Source of the DNA: Oscillospiraceae bacterium
GTDB lineage: Bacteria > Bacillota > Clostridia > Oscillospirales > Ruminococcaceae
Direction of reading: 5' to 3'
DNA: 64,000 nt
Assembly (NCBI GenBank): GCA_004557855.1
Contig: SFFJ01000007.1
Span: 1,933 to 65,932, forward strand
In this document: piece by piece, positions 39,293-50,033 of the stretch
How the letters are laid out: every line of letters starts with the position of its first letter
Numbering within the stretch: the first letter of the stretch is position 1
Made by a program: the position numbers and the translations under genes
Notes under the pieces: model-generated
What the model saw: only the letters and a program-made list of their open reading frames with translations
What the model was told of the DNA's origin: nothing
The model's database searches: none

Positions 39293-40147
39293 TTACTTTC
39301 TGTAATCATAAAAACCTACGCCGGTCTTTCTGCCCAGCTTGCCGCCGCGCACCATCTTGCGCAGCAGGGGATGGGGACGGTACTTGTCTTCGCCGGTTTC
39401 AGCCTGCAGAACTTCCATAATGGCAAGACAAACGTCCAGACCGATCAGGTCGCCCAAAGCGAGAGGACCCATGGGGTGGTTGGCGCCCAGCATCATGGCA
39501 TTATCAATGCCCTCAACGGAGGCAACGCCCTCGGCATAGATGCCGACAGCTTCATTGATCATGGGGATCAGGATACGGTTGACGACGAAGCCGGCGGCCT
39601 CCTCAACCTGTACGGGGGTCTTGCCGATATCCTCGGCGATCTTCTTGATGGTCTCCACCATCTCGGCGGGGGTGTTCAGGCCGGCAATGACCTCAACCAG
39701 CTTCATAACGGGGGCGGGGTTGAAGAAATGCATGCCGATGATGGGACGGTCGAGCTTCGCACCCAGCTCGGTGATGGAAAGGGAAGAGGTGTTGGTGGCA
39801 AACATGCACTCGGGCTTGCAAATCCCGGAAAGCTCCGCAAAGGTCTGCTTTTTGATCTCCATATTCTCGATGGCCGCCTCGATGACGAGGTCGCAGTCCT
39901 TGCAGATCTCCTTGGTGCCGGTGGTGATCTTGGCGAGGATGGCGTCGGCAGCAGCCTGCTCCATCTTACCCTTGGCAACACGGCCGTTCAGGCCCTTGGC
40001 AATCTTATTCTTGCCGTTTGCGGCAAACTCCTCATTGATATCGCACAGGAAAACCTCGTAACCGTTGGACTGTGCAAAAGCCTGGGCAATGCCGGAACCC
40101 ATAGTGCCGGCGCCGATAATACCAATTTTCATTTGAGATACCTCCAT
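39293..40147 (-). CDS. hbd: 3-hydroxybutyryl-CoA dehydrogenase
   Basis: NAD Rossmann motif [15 protein letters not shown]. 284 aa. Confidence 0.9.
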   Translation of the reverse strand: MEVSQMKIGIIGAGTMGSGIAQAFAQSNGYEVFLCDINEEFAANGKNKIAKGLNGRVAKGKMEQAAADAILAKITTGTKEICKDCDLVIEAAIENMEIKKQTFAELSGICKPECMFATNTSSLSITELGAKLDRPIIGMHFFNPAPVMKLVEVIAGLNTPAEMVETIKKIAEDIGKTPVQVEEAAGFVVNRILIPMINEAVGIYAEGVASVEGIDNAMMLGANHPMGPLALGDLIGLDVCLAIMEVLQAETGEDKYRPHPLLRKMVRGGKLGRKTGVGFYDYRK

Positions 40148-40165
40148 ATGTAATAATTTTTTGGT

Positions 40166-40942
40166 TTATTTATTCAGGAATGCTTCCACCTTGCGTTTTT
40201 CCAGGAAGGCAGCCATGCCCTCCCGCTGGTCGTGGGACTCAAAGCAGTCGCCGAACAGCTTCTCCTCGATGGCGATGGCCTGATCCATATCCACCTGCAT
40301 CCCCTCATTGATGGCGCGCTTGCAGTTGCGCACGGCAATGGGGGCGTTGCGGGCGATGGTAGTGGCCAGCTTCTTGGCGGCGGCCATCAGCTCATCGGCG
40401 GGGTAGACGTTATTCACCAGACCGATGCGATAGGCTTCCTCCGCCTTGATGTTGCGGGCGCCGTAGATCATTTCCTTGGCCTTGCCGGTACCGACGATCC
40501 GAGCCAGACGCTGGGTGCCGCCGAAGCCGGGGGTGATGCCGAGGCCGGCCTCGGGCTGACCGAATACGGCATTCTCGCTGCAGATGCGGATATCACAGCT
40601 CATGCTGATCTCGCAGCCGCCGCCCAGCGCAAAGCCGTTGACTGCTGCGATAACGGGGATGGGGAAGGTCTCAATCTTGCGGAAAACGTCGTTGCCCTTT
40701 TTCCCGAAGGCTTCGCCCTCGGCCTTGGTCAGGCTGCTCATTTCCCCGATATCCGCACCGGCCACGAAGCTCTTTTCCCCGGCGCCGGTCAGGATCAGGC
40801 AGCGGATGCTTTCCAGATCCACGCCGTCCAGGGTTTTGTCCAGCTCATCCAGCACGGTGCTGTTCAGGGCGTTCAGGGCCTTGGGGCGGTTGATGGTAAT
40901 AATACCGATCTGGCCTTCCGCTTCATAGGTAATATATTCCAT
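40166..40942 (-). CDS. crt: crotonase (short-chain enoyl-CoA hydratase)
   Basis: 258 aa ECH fold with AAVNGFALGGGCEISMSCD. Confidence 0.9.
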   Translation of the reverse strand: MEYITYEAEGQIGIITINRPKALNALNSTVLDELDKTLDGVDLESIRCLILTGAGEKSFVAGADIGEMSSLTKAEGEAFGKKGNDVFRKIETFPIPVIAAVNGFALGGGCEISMSCDIRICSENAVFGQPEAGLGITPGFGGTQRLARIVGTGKAKEMIYGARNIKAEEAYRIGLVNNVYPADELMAAAKKLATTIARNAPIAVRNCKRAINEGMQVDMDQAIAIEEKLFGDCFESHDQREGMAAFLEKRKVEAFLNK

Positions 40943-41021
40943 GAATGCACTCTCCTTCTCTTAATTTTGGCACAGCACCGGAGAGCCGCAGCTCCCCGGT
41001 GCATTGGTTTACGGGTGAAGA

Positions 41022-42200
41022 TCAGTCACGCTCTACTACGGTAGCGCAGCCCATGCCGCCGCCGATGCACAGGGTGGCAAGACCCTTCTTGGCGTCCCGG
41101 CGCTGCATCTCGTGCAGCAGGGTAACCAGAATACGGCAGCCGGAGGCGCCTACGGGGTGACCCAGCGCAATGGCGCCGCCGTTGACGTTCAGCTTCTCCA
41201 TATCAAAGCCGAGGTCATGGCCGACTGCGAGGGACTGTGCGGCAAAGGCTTCGTTGGCTTCGATGAGGTCCATATCGGCGACCTTCATATTCAGCTTGCC
41301 CATCAGCTTGTTTACGGCAGCAACGGGGCCCACGCCCATGATGGAGGGATCTACGCCGCCCAGTGCGCCGCCTACCCAGGTAGCCATCGGCTTGATGCCC
41401 AGCTCCTTGGCCTTTTCTTCGCTCATTACCACGATGGCAGCAGCGCCGTCGTTGATGCCGGAAGCGTTACCGGCGGTCACAATGCCGTCCTTCTTAAAGG
41501 CGGGCTTCAGACGGGCCAGGGTCTCCACGGTGGTGCCGGGGCGGGGGCCTTCGTCGGTGTCTACGATCACGGAGCCCTTCTTGCCCTTCACCTCTACGGG
41601 AACGATCTCATCCTTGAACTTACCCTCGGCCATGGCCTTTTCGCACTTCTGCTGGCTGCAGGCAGCGAACTCATCCAGCATTTCGCGGGTCAGGTTCCAC
41701 TGCTCGGCTACGTTCTCGGCGGTAATGCCCATGTGATAGTTATTGAAAACATCCCACAGGGCGTCGTTTACCATGGTATCCACCAGGGTGGCGTTGCCCA
41801 TGCGATAGCCGTAACGGCCCTTCATCATGGCATAGGGGGCCAGGGACATGCTTTCCATACCGCCGGCCACAACGATATCGGCGTCGCCGGCCTCGATCAT
41901 CTGGGCAGCCATGTTGACGCAGTTCAAGCCGGAGCCGCAAACGACGTTGACGGTGACGGCGGGGGTGGTCACGGGCAGCCCGGCCTTGATGGAGGCCTGA
42001 CGGGCGACGTTCTGGCCCAGACCGGCCTGAATGACGCAGCCCATGTAAACATGGTCGACCTGCTCGGCCTTGACGCCGGCACGGTTCAGCGCTTCCTTAA
42101 TGACGATGGAGCCGAGCTCGGCGGCGGGAACGGTGCTCAAGGCGCCGCCCATGGTGCCGATGGCAGTACGGCAGGCGCCGGCTAAAACAATTTTCTTCAT
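41022..42200 (-). CDS. thl: acetyl-CoA C-acetyltransferase (thiolase)
   Basis: 392 aa. Active-site regions [16 protein letters not shown] and CIGGGMG. First gene of the thl-crt-hbd-bcd-etfBA operon. Confidence 0.9.
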   Translation of the reverse strand: MKKIVLAGACRTAIGTMGGALSTVPAAELGSIVIKEALNRAGVKAEQVDHVYMGCVIQAGLGQNVARQASIKAGLPVTTPAVTVNVVCGSGLNCVNMAAQMIEAGDADIVVAGGMESMSLAPYAMMKGRYGYRMGNATLVDTMVNDALWDVFNNYHMGITAENVAEQWNLTREMLDEFAACSQQKCEKAMAEGKFKDEIVPVEVKGKKGSVIVDTDEGPRPGTTVETLARLKPAFKKDGIVTAGNASGINDGAAAIVVMSEEKAKELGIKPMATWVGGALGGVDPSIMGVGPVAAVNKLMGKLNMKVADMDLIEANEAFAAQSLAVGHDLGFDMEKLNVNGGAIALGHPVGASGCRILVTLLHEMQRRDAKKGLATLCIGGGMGCATVVERD

Positions 42201-42285
42201 AGTGTTTGCCTCCTTGAATAAAGTAAAATAGGATAAAAGACGGATTTATTTCACAGCCGCGGGGCGGCCGGGTGAAAACGAGGGG

Positions 42286-42768
42286 TCAGCGGCCCAGCTT
42301 TTCCTTCAGGCGGGCGGCCACATAGGGGTTCACGAACTTGGAAATATCGGTATTATCGTAGTGCGCTACCTCTTTTACTATGGTGCTGCTCAAATAGGCA
42401 TAGCGCAGGCTGGTGGTAAAGAACATCGTATCGATGGTGGGGTCGAGGATACGGTTGGTCTGTGCCATCTGCATTTCATGCTCAAAGTCGGTGATGGCGC
42501 GCAGTCCGCGGATGATGATCTGGGCGTCATTGGCCCGTGCAAAATCAACGGTGCGCCCATCGAAGGTCTTTACGGTGACATTTTCCAGCTCCTGCACACT
42601 TTTCTGCAGCATTTCCACACGTTCCTCCACGGTGAACAGCGGGTTCTTTTCGCGGTTAATCAGCACGCCGATGATCAGCTCATCGACCACGCGGGAGGCC
42701 CGGCGGATAATGTCCATGTGCCCCAGTGTAACGGGGTCAAAACTTCCCGGATAAACAGCCCTTGTCAT
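42286..42768 (-). CDS. coaD: phosphopantetheine adenylyltransferase
   Basis: [16 protein letters not shown] (HxGH nucleotidyltransferase motif). 160 aa. Confidence 0.9.
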   Translation of the reverse strand: MTRAVYPGSFDPVTLGHMDIIRRASRVVDELIIGVLINREKNPLFTVEERVEMLQKSVQELENVTVKTFDGRTVDFARANDAQIIIRGLRAITDFEHEMQMAQTNRILDPTIDTMFFTTSLRYAYLSSTIVKEVAHYDNTDISKFVNPYVAARLKEKLGR

Positions 42769-43291
42769 ATGGTTTCCTTTCGCCGATGAAACGGCTTTCT
42801 TTTAGTATTTATCCACCCTAAAGTATTTTCAGTATAACCGTTGAAAAGGGCGATGTCAAACACTTGCTAAAAATTTAACAATTAGAAATATGGAAAAACA
42901 AGGGAGAAAAGCGGCGGTTTTCGGGCGGCGAAAAAGGGCGGATTGGAATATAACAACAAAACGAGCCTAAAAATATGAATAAATACATTATCGATTTGTT
43001 ATATAGCACCAATCCTCACACCGGGCCGCCAAAAACCCGGTAAAAAACAGGTGGCAAAATCCACAAAAAGTAAGATTAAACTTTGGAAGGGGTCCCCCGA
43101 AAAACCCCGCCGGTTTATAGTTTTTCCATAATAGAAACGCTATAAATCGCCGAAATTCAATAGGATATTAGGCATATCGAAAGCAAATCGTTGTATTCTC
43201 TCCATAAAGCCCCCGCAGGGTTTGAATGTCCCCGCAGCTTGTGCTACAATAACAAGGAACCAAAGAACCAAAGGACGGGGGCGGGCAAAAA

Positions 43292-43771
43292 ATGATCCTT
43301 TCCACGCTGTGCTACATCGAAAAGGACGGCTGCTGGCTGATGCTGCACCGGGTCAAAAAGAAAAACGACCTCAATCACGATAAATGGATCGGGGTCGGCG
43401 GCAAATTCGAGGAGGGCGAAAGCCCCGAGGACTGCCTGCTGCGGGAGGTCGGGGAGGAAACGGGTCTTACCCTCACCGACTACCGGTTCCGGGGGCTGGT
43501 CACCTTTGTCTCGGATGAAGCCCCCACCGAATATATGCACCTGTTCACCGCCACGGGCTTCACCGGCGCCCTGCGGGATTGCGATGAGGGCACACTGGAA
43601 TGGGTGCCCATCCCGCAGGTGGAAACGCTGCCGCTGTGGCAGGGGGATAAGCTGTTTTTGCGGCTGCTGCAAACCGAAAAGGACTTTTTCTCCCTCAAGC
43701 TGCGGTATGCGGGGGATCAATTGGTGCAGGCGGTGCGGGACGGCCGTCCCCTGCCGCCGGAGGAGGATTGA
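43292..43771 (+). CDS. NUDIX hydrolase (MutT-like)
   Basis: Nudix box GGKFEEGESPEDCLLREVGEETGL. A promoter TTGAAT-17-TACAAT lies upstream. Confidence 0.8.
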   Translation: MILSTLCYIEKDGCWLMLHRVKKKNDLNHDKWIGVGGKFEEGESPEDCLLREVGEETGLTLTDYRFRGLVTFVSDEAPTEYMHLFTATGFTGALRDCDEGTLEWVPIPQVETLPLWQGDKLFLRLLQTEKDFFSLKLRYAGDQLVQAVRDGRPLPPEED

Positions 43772-43772
43772 C

Positions 43773-44216
43773 ATGAAGCTGCTGGTAAGCGCCTGTTTGC
43801 TGGGCTTCCCCTGCCGCTATGACGGCCGGGCCAAGCCGCATGAGGGGGTGTTATCCCTGCTGGAAACCCACACCCTCATCCCGTTCTGCCCGGAGATCTA
43901 CGGGGGACTGGCAACCCCACGTCCGGCGGCGGAACGGCAGGGCGACCGTGTCATGACCGAAGCGGGTCTTGACGTAACGGAACAGTACCGCCGCGGTGCC
44001 GGGGAAGCGCTGCGCCTGTGCCGCCTATACGGCTGTAATGCCGCCCTGCTCAAGGAGCGCAGCCCCAGCTGCGGCCACAGGGTGATCCACAACGGCCGCT
44101 TTGACGGCGGCCTGCTTCCGGGGGACGGCGTAACAGCCGAGCTGCTGCTGCATAACGGCATCACCGTCTACGGCGAAAGCGCATGGCACTCCCTCCTGCA
44201 GGAAAAGAATAACTGA
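43773..44216 (+). CDS. DUF523-family protein
   Basis: VSACLLGFPCRYDG...IPFCPEIYGGLATPRP is typical of DUF523. ATG 43773 follows RBS GGAGGA. It starts immediately after the NUDIX gene stop. Confidence 0.65.
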   Translation: MKLLVSACLLGFPCRYDGRAKPHEGVLSLLETHTLIPFCPEIYGGLATPRPAAERQGDRVMTEAGLDVTEQYRRGAGEALRLCRLYGCNAALLKERSPSCGHRVIHNGRFDGGLLPGDGVTAELLLHNGITVYGESAWHSLLQEKNN

Positions 44217-44442
44217 ATAAAACCGGGTCTGTACCATGCACAGACCCGGCTTTTTTGCATCTTTCCAGTCTCCCAAAAGGGCAGGGCACCGGCGGGCCGG
44301 CCCCCGGCCTCCGGCCGGGGATGCCGCGCGCCCCCTGCGGGGGCGCGCGGCTGGGCGCCTGCGGCGCCCGCCGGCCCGCCGGCGCTGCACCACCCGCAGC
44401 CCCATCTCCTCAATAAAAACAGAGTAGGGCAGGGGAGGGGGG

Positions 44443-45288
44443 TCACCACTCCAGCAGCTGCCGCAAAGCGTGAGCCACACCGTCCTCCTCGTTGGTCAGC
44501 GTCACCCGGTCGGCAGCCTGCTGCACGGCAGCATCGGCGTTGCCCATCGCCACCCCTATCCCGGCAGCCTCCAGCATCCCGATGTCATTATCGGCATCCC
44601 CAAAGGCCACCGCCTGCGCCATAGGGACCTGCAGCGTCCGGCACAGCGCCGCCAGCGCCGCCCCTTTGCTGCCCTCCCGGTCGGTCAGCTCCAGATTGCA
44701 GGGCATGGTGCTGACGGCCCGTACCCGGTCGCCGTAACGCTCGGCCAGCCACGCCTTGACCTCCGCTTTCTGCTCCGGCGTCAGGCAGGGCAGATTGATC
44801 TTCTCCAAATGGCTCCCGGGGCGTTTTGCCCGTTCCGCCAGGCTCTCCACAATGCTCTCCCCGTCCGAAAACAGCGCTTTCAGGTGAAAAACCGGCAGAT
44901 GGAACACATCCCGCATTTCCCAGTGGGCGCGGGAGATATACATTTTCTGGTCGGCATAAAGCTGAATGGCAAACCCGCCCATCCCGGTCAAATGCGCCAA
45001 AATCTCCAGCGTAACATCGACCGGCAGCGGCGCCGCCCGCAAAACATTCCCCTCCCGGTCGGTGGTCAAGCTGCCGTTGCAGGTGATGAAATACCGCAAA
45101 AAGGGCAGCTCCAGTACCTGCGGCGCTATCGCAGCGATGCTCCGTCCCGTCGCCACCACCACCTCGATGCCCTCGTCAGCGGCACGGGTCAGCGCCTCCC
45201 GGTTCTTCGGGGAAAGGGTAATATGATCCTGCCGCAGCAGGGTGCCGTCCAGGTCCACGGCGATCAGCTTGATTTTCCGGTTTGCCAT
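44443..45288 (-). CDS. Cof-type HAD-IIB phosphatase
   Basis: N-terminus MANRKIKLIAVDLDGTLL (DxD HAD motif) and C-terminal GDADNDIGM. The track ORF extension to 45810 runs through repeat DNA. Confidence 0.8.
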   Translation of the reverse strand: MANRKIKLIAVDLDGTLLRQDHITLSPKNREALTRAADEGIEVVVATGRSIAAIAPQVLELPFLRYFITCNGSLTTDREGNVLRAAPLPVDVTLEILAHLTGMGGFAIQLYADQKMYISRAHWEMRDVFHLPVFHLKALFSDGESIVESLAERAKRPGSHLEKINLPCLTPEQKAEVKAWLAERYGDRVRAVSTMPCNLELTDREGSKGAALAALCRTLQVPMAQAVAFGDADNDIGMLEAAGIGVAMGNADAAVQQAADRVTLTNEEDGVAHALRQLLEW

Positions 45289-45385
45289 AGCGGCTCCTTT
45301 CCGGGTTGTATTTGCGGGGATAAATAACGTGTATCGGTGCCCCGCCGCACCGGCCGTCCTCTCGGTTTTGCATCGGCGCCGCACC

Positions 45386-45495
45386 CCCCCTGCAAACCGC
45401 AGGCATCGGGCGCAGCCCAACCGCCCTCCGGGCGGTTTCAGCGGCCTGCGGCCGCTTCGGCGGCGCTGCCGCGCCGCCCGGGCTGCGCCCGCAGC
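45386..45495. repeat. GC-rich ~105-bp dispersed repeat (CCCCTGCAAACCGCAG... family), copy A
   Basis: cccctgcaaaccgcaggcatcgggcgcagcccaaccgccctccgggcggtttcagcggcctgcggccgcttcggcggcgctgccgcgccgcccgggctgcgcccgcagc. It contains nested hairpins (aaccgccc-tcc-gggcggtt, gcggcc-tgc-ggccgc). Confidence 0.7.
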
Positions 45496-45659
45496 GCCCC
45501 TTGCAGCTCCCTGCAAAAAACGCACCGCATCCCGCCGCCCATACGGCCCGCCGAGCGCCCCGGCTTCGCCGGGGCCTGCCCGCTGCGCGTGCAGCACCCG
45601 CCCTCCGGGCGGGCGGCCCTGCGGGCCCCTTGCAGGAACCCGCCAAACCACCGGCAGCC

Positions 45660-45805
45660 CCCCTGCAAACCGCAGGCATCGGGCGCAGCCCAACCGCCCT
45701 CCGGGCGGTTTCAGCGGCCTGCGGCCGCTTCGGCGGCGCTTCCGCGCCGCCCGGCTTGCGGCCGCTTCGGCGGCGCTGCCGCGCCGCCCAGGCTGCGCCC
45801 GCAGC
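45660..45805. repeat. same repeat family, copy B (with an internal 32-bp duplication), 274 bp after copy A
   Basis: Near-identical to copy A over ~100 bp. The extra unit is gcggccgcttcggcggcgctgccgcgccgccc. Confidence 0.7.
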
Positions 45806-45830
45806 ACCAAACCTCACCGCTCCGCCCGCC

Positions 45831-46817
45831 TTACTTCCGCCTTTTCGGCTTGCGGTACCGCTCGGTGATCTCCTCCACCGTGGTGGGCTTCACCGTCAGC
45901 AGCTCCTCCACAAACGGTGCCAGTACCGGCGCCCAGTCGATGCCCTTCCCCTCCAGCAGCCCGGCCATATCACCGGGCAGCGGCGCGGTAAGGCACAGCT
46001 GTTCCCCGGTGATGGGATGGGTAAAAGCTACCCCCGCGCAGTGCAGCGCCTGCCGGGAAAATTCCTCCATCGGCCCGCCGTACAGCTCATCGCCCAGCAG
46101 CGGCCAGCCCTTCTCCGCCATGTGTACCCGTATCTGGTGGGTACGCCCGGTGTGCAGGATGAACCCCACCAAAGCACAGCTGCAATCCGGGGCGGCGGCC
46201 AGGACCCGGTATTCGGTCACAGCCCGTTCCCCCTCCGGGGAAACAATGCGTTTCATCTCCAGCGGAACCTCCCGCTCCAGCGGCAGGTCTATCAGCCCCT
46301 CGGCGGGCTGCGGGATGCCCTTCACCACCGCCACATACCGCTTGGTCACAGCCTTCCACAGCTTGCCTGCGGCGATTTGGTGGCGAGCCACTACCACAGC
46401 GCCGGTGGTGTCCTTGTCGATGCGGTTCACCGCCCGGAAGGTGCCGGCGGCCCCCTCCTTTTCGCACAGGGTGGCATAAACGCTTGCCAGCGTCCCGAAA
46501 ATGTGTCCCCCCGATTGATGCACCGGCATCCCGGCAGGCTTGTTAAATACAGCAACATCCCGGTCCCAGTACAGCCGCGGCACATCGATTTCACAGGGCG
46601 GCAGCTTTCTTACCTGCTCCGGCAGGTTGATCTCCAGAAGATCTCCCTCCCGCAGCAGGTCAACGGTGCGGGCGTGCTGCCCGTTTCGCAGTATGCCCTC
46701 CGGCAGATGCTTGAGGGAGATAACGACCTTGCGGCTGATGCCCTGCTTGAACCGCAGAAAATGCTGGATCTCGTCCCCCGCGTCCTCGGCAGTAATGGTA
46801 TAGCGAAAGGTGGTCAT
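45831..46817 (-). CDS. RluA-family 23S rRNA pseudouridine synthase
   Basis: Catalytic motif NRIDKDTTGAVVVA (HRLDxxTSG variant) and a C-terminal basic tail. Confidence 0.8.
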   Translation of the reverse strand: MTTFRYTITAEDAGDEIQHFLRFKQGISRKVVISLKHLPEGILRNGQHARTVDLLREGDLLEINLPEQVRKLPPCEIDVPRLYWDRDVAVFNKPAGMPVHQSGGHIFGTLASVYATLCEKEGAAGTFRAVNRIDKDTTGAVVVARHQIAAGKLWKAVTKRYVAVVKGIPQPAEGLIDLPLEREVPLEMKRIVSPEGERAVTEYRVLAAAPDCSCALVGFILHTGRTHQIRVHMAEKGWPLLGDELYGGPMEEFSRQALHCAGVAFTHPITGEQLCLTAPLPGDMAGLLEGKGIDWAPVLAPFVEELLTVKPTTVEEITERYRKPKRRK

Positions 46818-46936
46818 GGCTTCTCCTCCTCAATCATTTTGTGCACCCGCAGGCATCGGCCGCCCCGTGCCGCCTCCGGTGGCTTGCCGGGAGCCCCCTG
46901 CGGGGGCTCCCGCCCGGCGCTCCGCGCCGCCGGGGC

Positions 46937-47460
46937 GGCCCTCACTCTCGGCAGCCCCGCCATATCCGGCAGCCCCGCCCCTTGCAACGGCCCGCAGGGC
47001 GCTCCGGCTCTGCCGGAGCCTGCGCGCTCCGCGCGCAGCGCCCGCCCGCAGGGCGTCCCGGCCCTGCGGGCCTCTCTGCTCCTCGCAGTAACCCCGTACA
47101 GCACCCCCGCCCCGCCGCAAACTTGCAGCCCTCTCACAAAGCCCTGCAAACCGCAGCCACCGGGCGCCGCCCAACCGCCCTCGGGCGGTTTAAGCGGCCG
47201 CAGGCCGCTTCGGCGGCCCTCACTCTCGGCAGCCCCGCCATATCCGGCAGCCCCGCCCCTTGCAACGGCCCGCAGGGCGCTCTGGCTCTGCCGGAGCCTG
47301 CGCGCTCCGCGCGCAGCGCCCGCCCTCCGGGCGGGCGGCCCTGCGGGCCTCTCTGCTCCTCGCAGCAACCCCGCACAGCACCCCCGCCCCGCCGCAAACT
47401 TGCAGCTCTCTTACAAAGCCCTGCAAACCGCAGCCACCGGGCGCCGCCGGGGCTGCGCCC
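46937..47460. repeat. ~278-bp tandem duplication (2 copies) of GC-rich intergenic sequence, each ending in a copy of the CCCTGCAAACCGCAG element
   Basis: ggccctcactctcggcagccccgccatatccggcagccccgccccttgcaacggcccgcagggcgct... recurs at 46937 and 47215. The second unit carries a small internal deletion. Confidence 0.7.
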
Positions 47461-47601
47461 CTTTCAAAAGCGCCCGACCGGGCATCCTGCCCCGCCGCCT
47501 CTCCCGGGCAGCCCGCCTCGCCTGTTCCACAATACCGAATTGTACCACAAACCCGCCGCAAAGGAAAGACCCCGGCCGCCGCCGGGGTCAAAAACCCGTT
47601 T

Positions 47602-48510
47602 TCACGCCACGCCGAGGTACTCCTCCAGCGTCAGCCCGTTCTGCATAATGTAGGTCGCGATCTCCACCCCCACATACCGGAAGTGCCACGGCTCAAATAT
47701 GATGCCGGTCACATCCTGCTTGTCCTTGGGGTACCGCAGGATAAACCCGTACTCGGCGCAGTGCGCCTTCATCCAGGCCGCCTCGGCGTCGTACTCAAAG
47801 GACTCCTCGATCTGACTGTGATGGTTGTAGTAGTCCCCGGAAAGGATATCCACCGCCAGTCCGGTGTTGTGCTCACTCGTTCCGGGAGGCGCCACGCGGG
47901 TGGCCGCCACCTGCTCCGCCTTTTCCCGGCTGTACCCGTTATACTTCATCTGCGCCTGCACCTCGTTTTCCAGCAGTACGGCGCTGCGCGCAAAGGTGCG
48001 GTAGCCGCTGATGACCTGCAGGGTGTAGCCGTCCGCCTTGGCCGCCGCCAAAAAGTCCTTCAGCGGCTGCGCGATGCGTGCGTCTACCGGCCACCCCACC
48101 GTCTCACGCTCCATCTCCATCTCCTCGGCCAGCGGGTACTTGGCGCTTACCAGGATGGTGCGCCAGTCGTCGCTGCCGGGGTTGGTCAGTCCGGTGTTGC
48201 CCGGCTCGGGGCTCGGATCGGGCTTGGGCTTCGGCTTCGGTTCGGTCACCGGGTCAGGATCGGTCACCGGGTCAGGATCGGTCACCGGGTCAGGATCAGT
48301 TGCGGGGTCCGGCTCCGGCAAACCGCCGGGCTGCTCGGTCTGCTGCCCTGCGTTGGGGTCAGGGGTGGGGTCGGGCTTCCCGGCTCCCCGCCGGATGAGC
48401 GCCGTCACGCCCCACACGATCAGCCCCACCACCAGCAGGATCAGGATCACACCCCGCACCCGCTTAAAGGTGCGGCGGCGCTGCGCTTCGGAATGTTTAT
48501 TCTGGCTCAT
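47602..48510 (-). CDS. D-alanyl-D-alanine carboxypeptidase (VanY / peptidase M15B family) with a repetitive DPDPVT linker
   Basis: N-terminal TM anchor. The linker repeat is encoded by an 18-bp x3 tandem DNA repeat at ~48236-48300. The catalytic region contains SEHNTGLAVD, placed in the M15 family. Confidence 0.75.
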   Translation of the reverse strand: MSQNKHSEAQRRRTFKRVRGVILILLVVGLIVWGVTALIRRGAGKPDPTPDPNAGQQTEQPGGLPEPDPATDPDPVTDPDPVTDPDPVTEPKPKPKPDPSPEPGNTGLTNPGSDDWRTILVSAKYPLAEEMEMERETVGWPVDARIAQPLKDFLAAAKADGYTLQVISGYRTFARSAVLLENEVQAQMKYNGYSREKAEQVAATRVAPPGTSEHNTGLAVDILSGDYYNHHSQIEESFEYDAEAAWMKAHCAEYGFILRYPKDKQDVTGIIFEPWHFRYVGVEIATYIMQNGLTLEEYLGVA

Positions 48511-48706
48511 GGTTTTTCCTCCGTTGGATATTTGGTCTCTGCAAGGTGCCGGTACGGCCGCAGGCCATGATGCTCCGCATCATCGCCGCCCCCCGCAGGG
48601 GGGCGACGGCCCGGGCTTCGCCCGGGCGGCCTGCGGCCGCCCGCCCACCAGCAGCTTTTTGTTTCCTATTATATAGTGCCGTCCCGATGCCGATTTGCTG
48701 CACCGG

Positions 48707-49651
48707 TCAGCCCTTTTGCATCAGCAGGGCGCACCAGCCCTCCTGCTCCCGGTCCCCGGCCACCGTCAGCCCCTCGGCCTCCAGCGCCGCAATGACCTCC
48801 TCCCGGCGGGGCAGGATGATACCGGAAGCCACCAGATGCCCGCCCGGCTTGAGATGCCGGGCGATCGCCGGCGCCAGCGCAATAATTACATCCGCCACAA
48901 TGTTCGCCAGTACAATGTCAAACCCGCCGCGGGTCAGCTCCTCCCCCAGCGGTTGATGCACCAGGTCGGCGGTCACAGCGGTAAACCGGTCGGCTCCAAA
49001 GCCGTTCTCTGCGGCGTTCTCGGCGGCAGTGCGTACCGCCACCCTGTCAATGTCCACCCCAACGGCCTCCTCGGCGCCCAGCATCAGCGCCGCAATGGAA
49101 AGGATGCCGCTGCCGGTACCCATATCCAGTACCCGCGCGCCCTCCACCGGCAAATGCTCCAGCAGCTCGCAGCACAGGCGGGTGGTGTGGTGGGTGCCGC
49201 TGCCGAATGCCATCCCGGGGTCCAGCGTCATCACAAGCTCCTGCGGGGCAGGGGCGTATTGCTCCCAGCTGGGGCAAACCACCAGCCGTTCCCCCAGGTG
49301 CGTGGGGTGATAAAACCGCTTCCACGCATTGGCCCAGTCCTCCTCGGCCAGCGTTTGGTCGGTCTCCATGCGGTAGGGGATGCCCTCGGCCTCCAGCCGG
49401 CGGGTCAAAAAGTCTGCGGCCTCTGCCGGGTTCTCATCGGGGGGCAGGTACAGGTGCAAAATCGCCTCGGTGCGGCTGCGGGCCAGCAGCTCCTCGTCGA
49501 TCAGGTCAATGTGCGCGATCTGCGGCACCAGCTCCAGCATATCGCTGTAATCCTCAATATAAATGCCGTAGGGGACGGCCATCTGCGCAATGGCCTCGGC
49601 GGTCTCGGCGTCCTTGGTGCTTACGGTGATCTTCAGGTCAGTCCAGTTCAT
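48707..49651 (-). CDS. prmA: ribosomal protein L11 methyltransferase
   Basis: SAM-binding motif LDMGTGSGILSIAAL. 314 aa. Confidence 0.85.
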   Translation of the reverse strand: MNWTDLKITVSTKDAETAEAIAQMAVPYGIYIEDYSDMLELVPQIAHIDLIDEELLARSRTEAILHLYLPPDENPAEAADFLTRRLEAEGIPYRMETDQTLAEEDWANAWKRFYHPTHLGERLVVCPSWEQYAPAPQELVMTLDPGMAFGSGTHHTTRLCCELLEHLPVEGARVLDMGTGSGILSIAALMLGAEEAVGVDIDRVAVRTAAENAAENGFGADRFTAVTADLVHQPLGEELTRGGFDIVLANIVADVIIALAPAIARHLKPGGHLVASGIILPRREEVIAALEAEGLTVAGDREQEGWCALLMQKG

Positions 49652-49791
49652 GGCGGTTCCTTTCTTATCGGTTTTCTGCCTCTATTATAGCGGCAGCCGC
49701 AAAAAAACTCAACTGTTTCCGCCCTCTTTTTGCATAGCGGCGGCATAGCGGCCCATACTGCCTGCATAAAGATGGCAAAGGAGGCAACATC

Positions 49792-50016
49792 ATGACAGAA
49801 ACCAACCGTGCCGGGGGACAGCAGGAAACGCTGTGGGAGGAACTCAATCGGGTCAATAATGAGCTCCGCCGCGCGGAGGAGCTTTTTAATGCGGTGACGG
49901 AGGATGCGCTGATCGATGCCTGTACCTATCGCATCCAAACGCTGACGGCCTACCGCGCCTATCTCTTGCGGGTGGCGCGTCAGCAGGGGCAGCAGCCCGC
50001 ACCCGTCACCCTGTAA
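49792..50016 (+). CDS. small YaaL-like protein (DUF2508-like)
   Basis: 74 aa helical protein immediately upstream of a BofA-like gene, mirroring B. subtilis yaaL-bofA. Confidence 0.45.
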   Translation: MTETNRAGGQQETLWEELNRVNNELRRAEELFNAVTEDALIDACTYRIQTLTAYRAYLLRVARQQGQQPAPVTL

Positions 50017-50033
50017 AATACAAGGAGGACATC

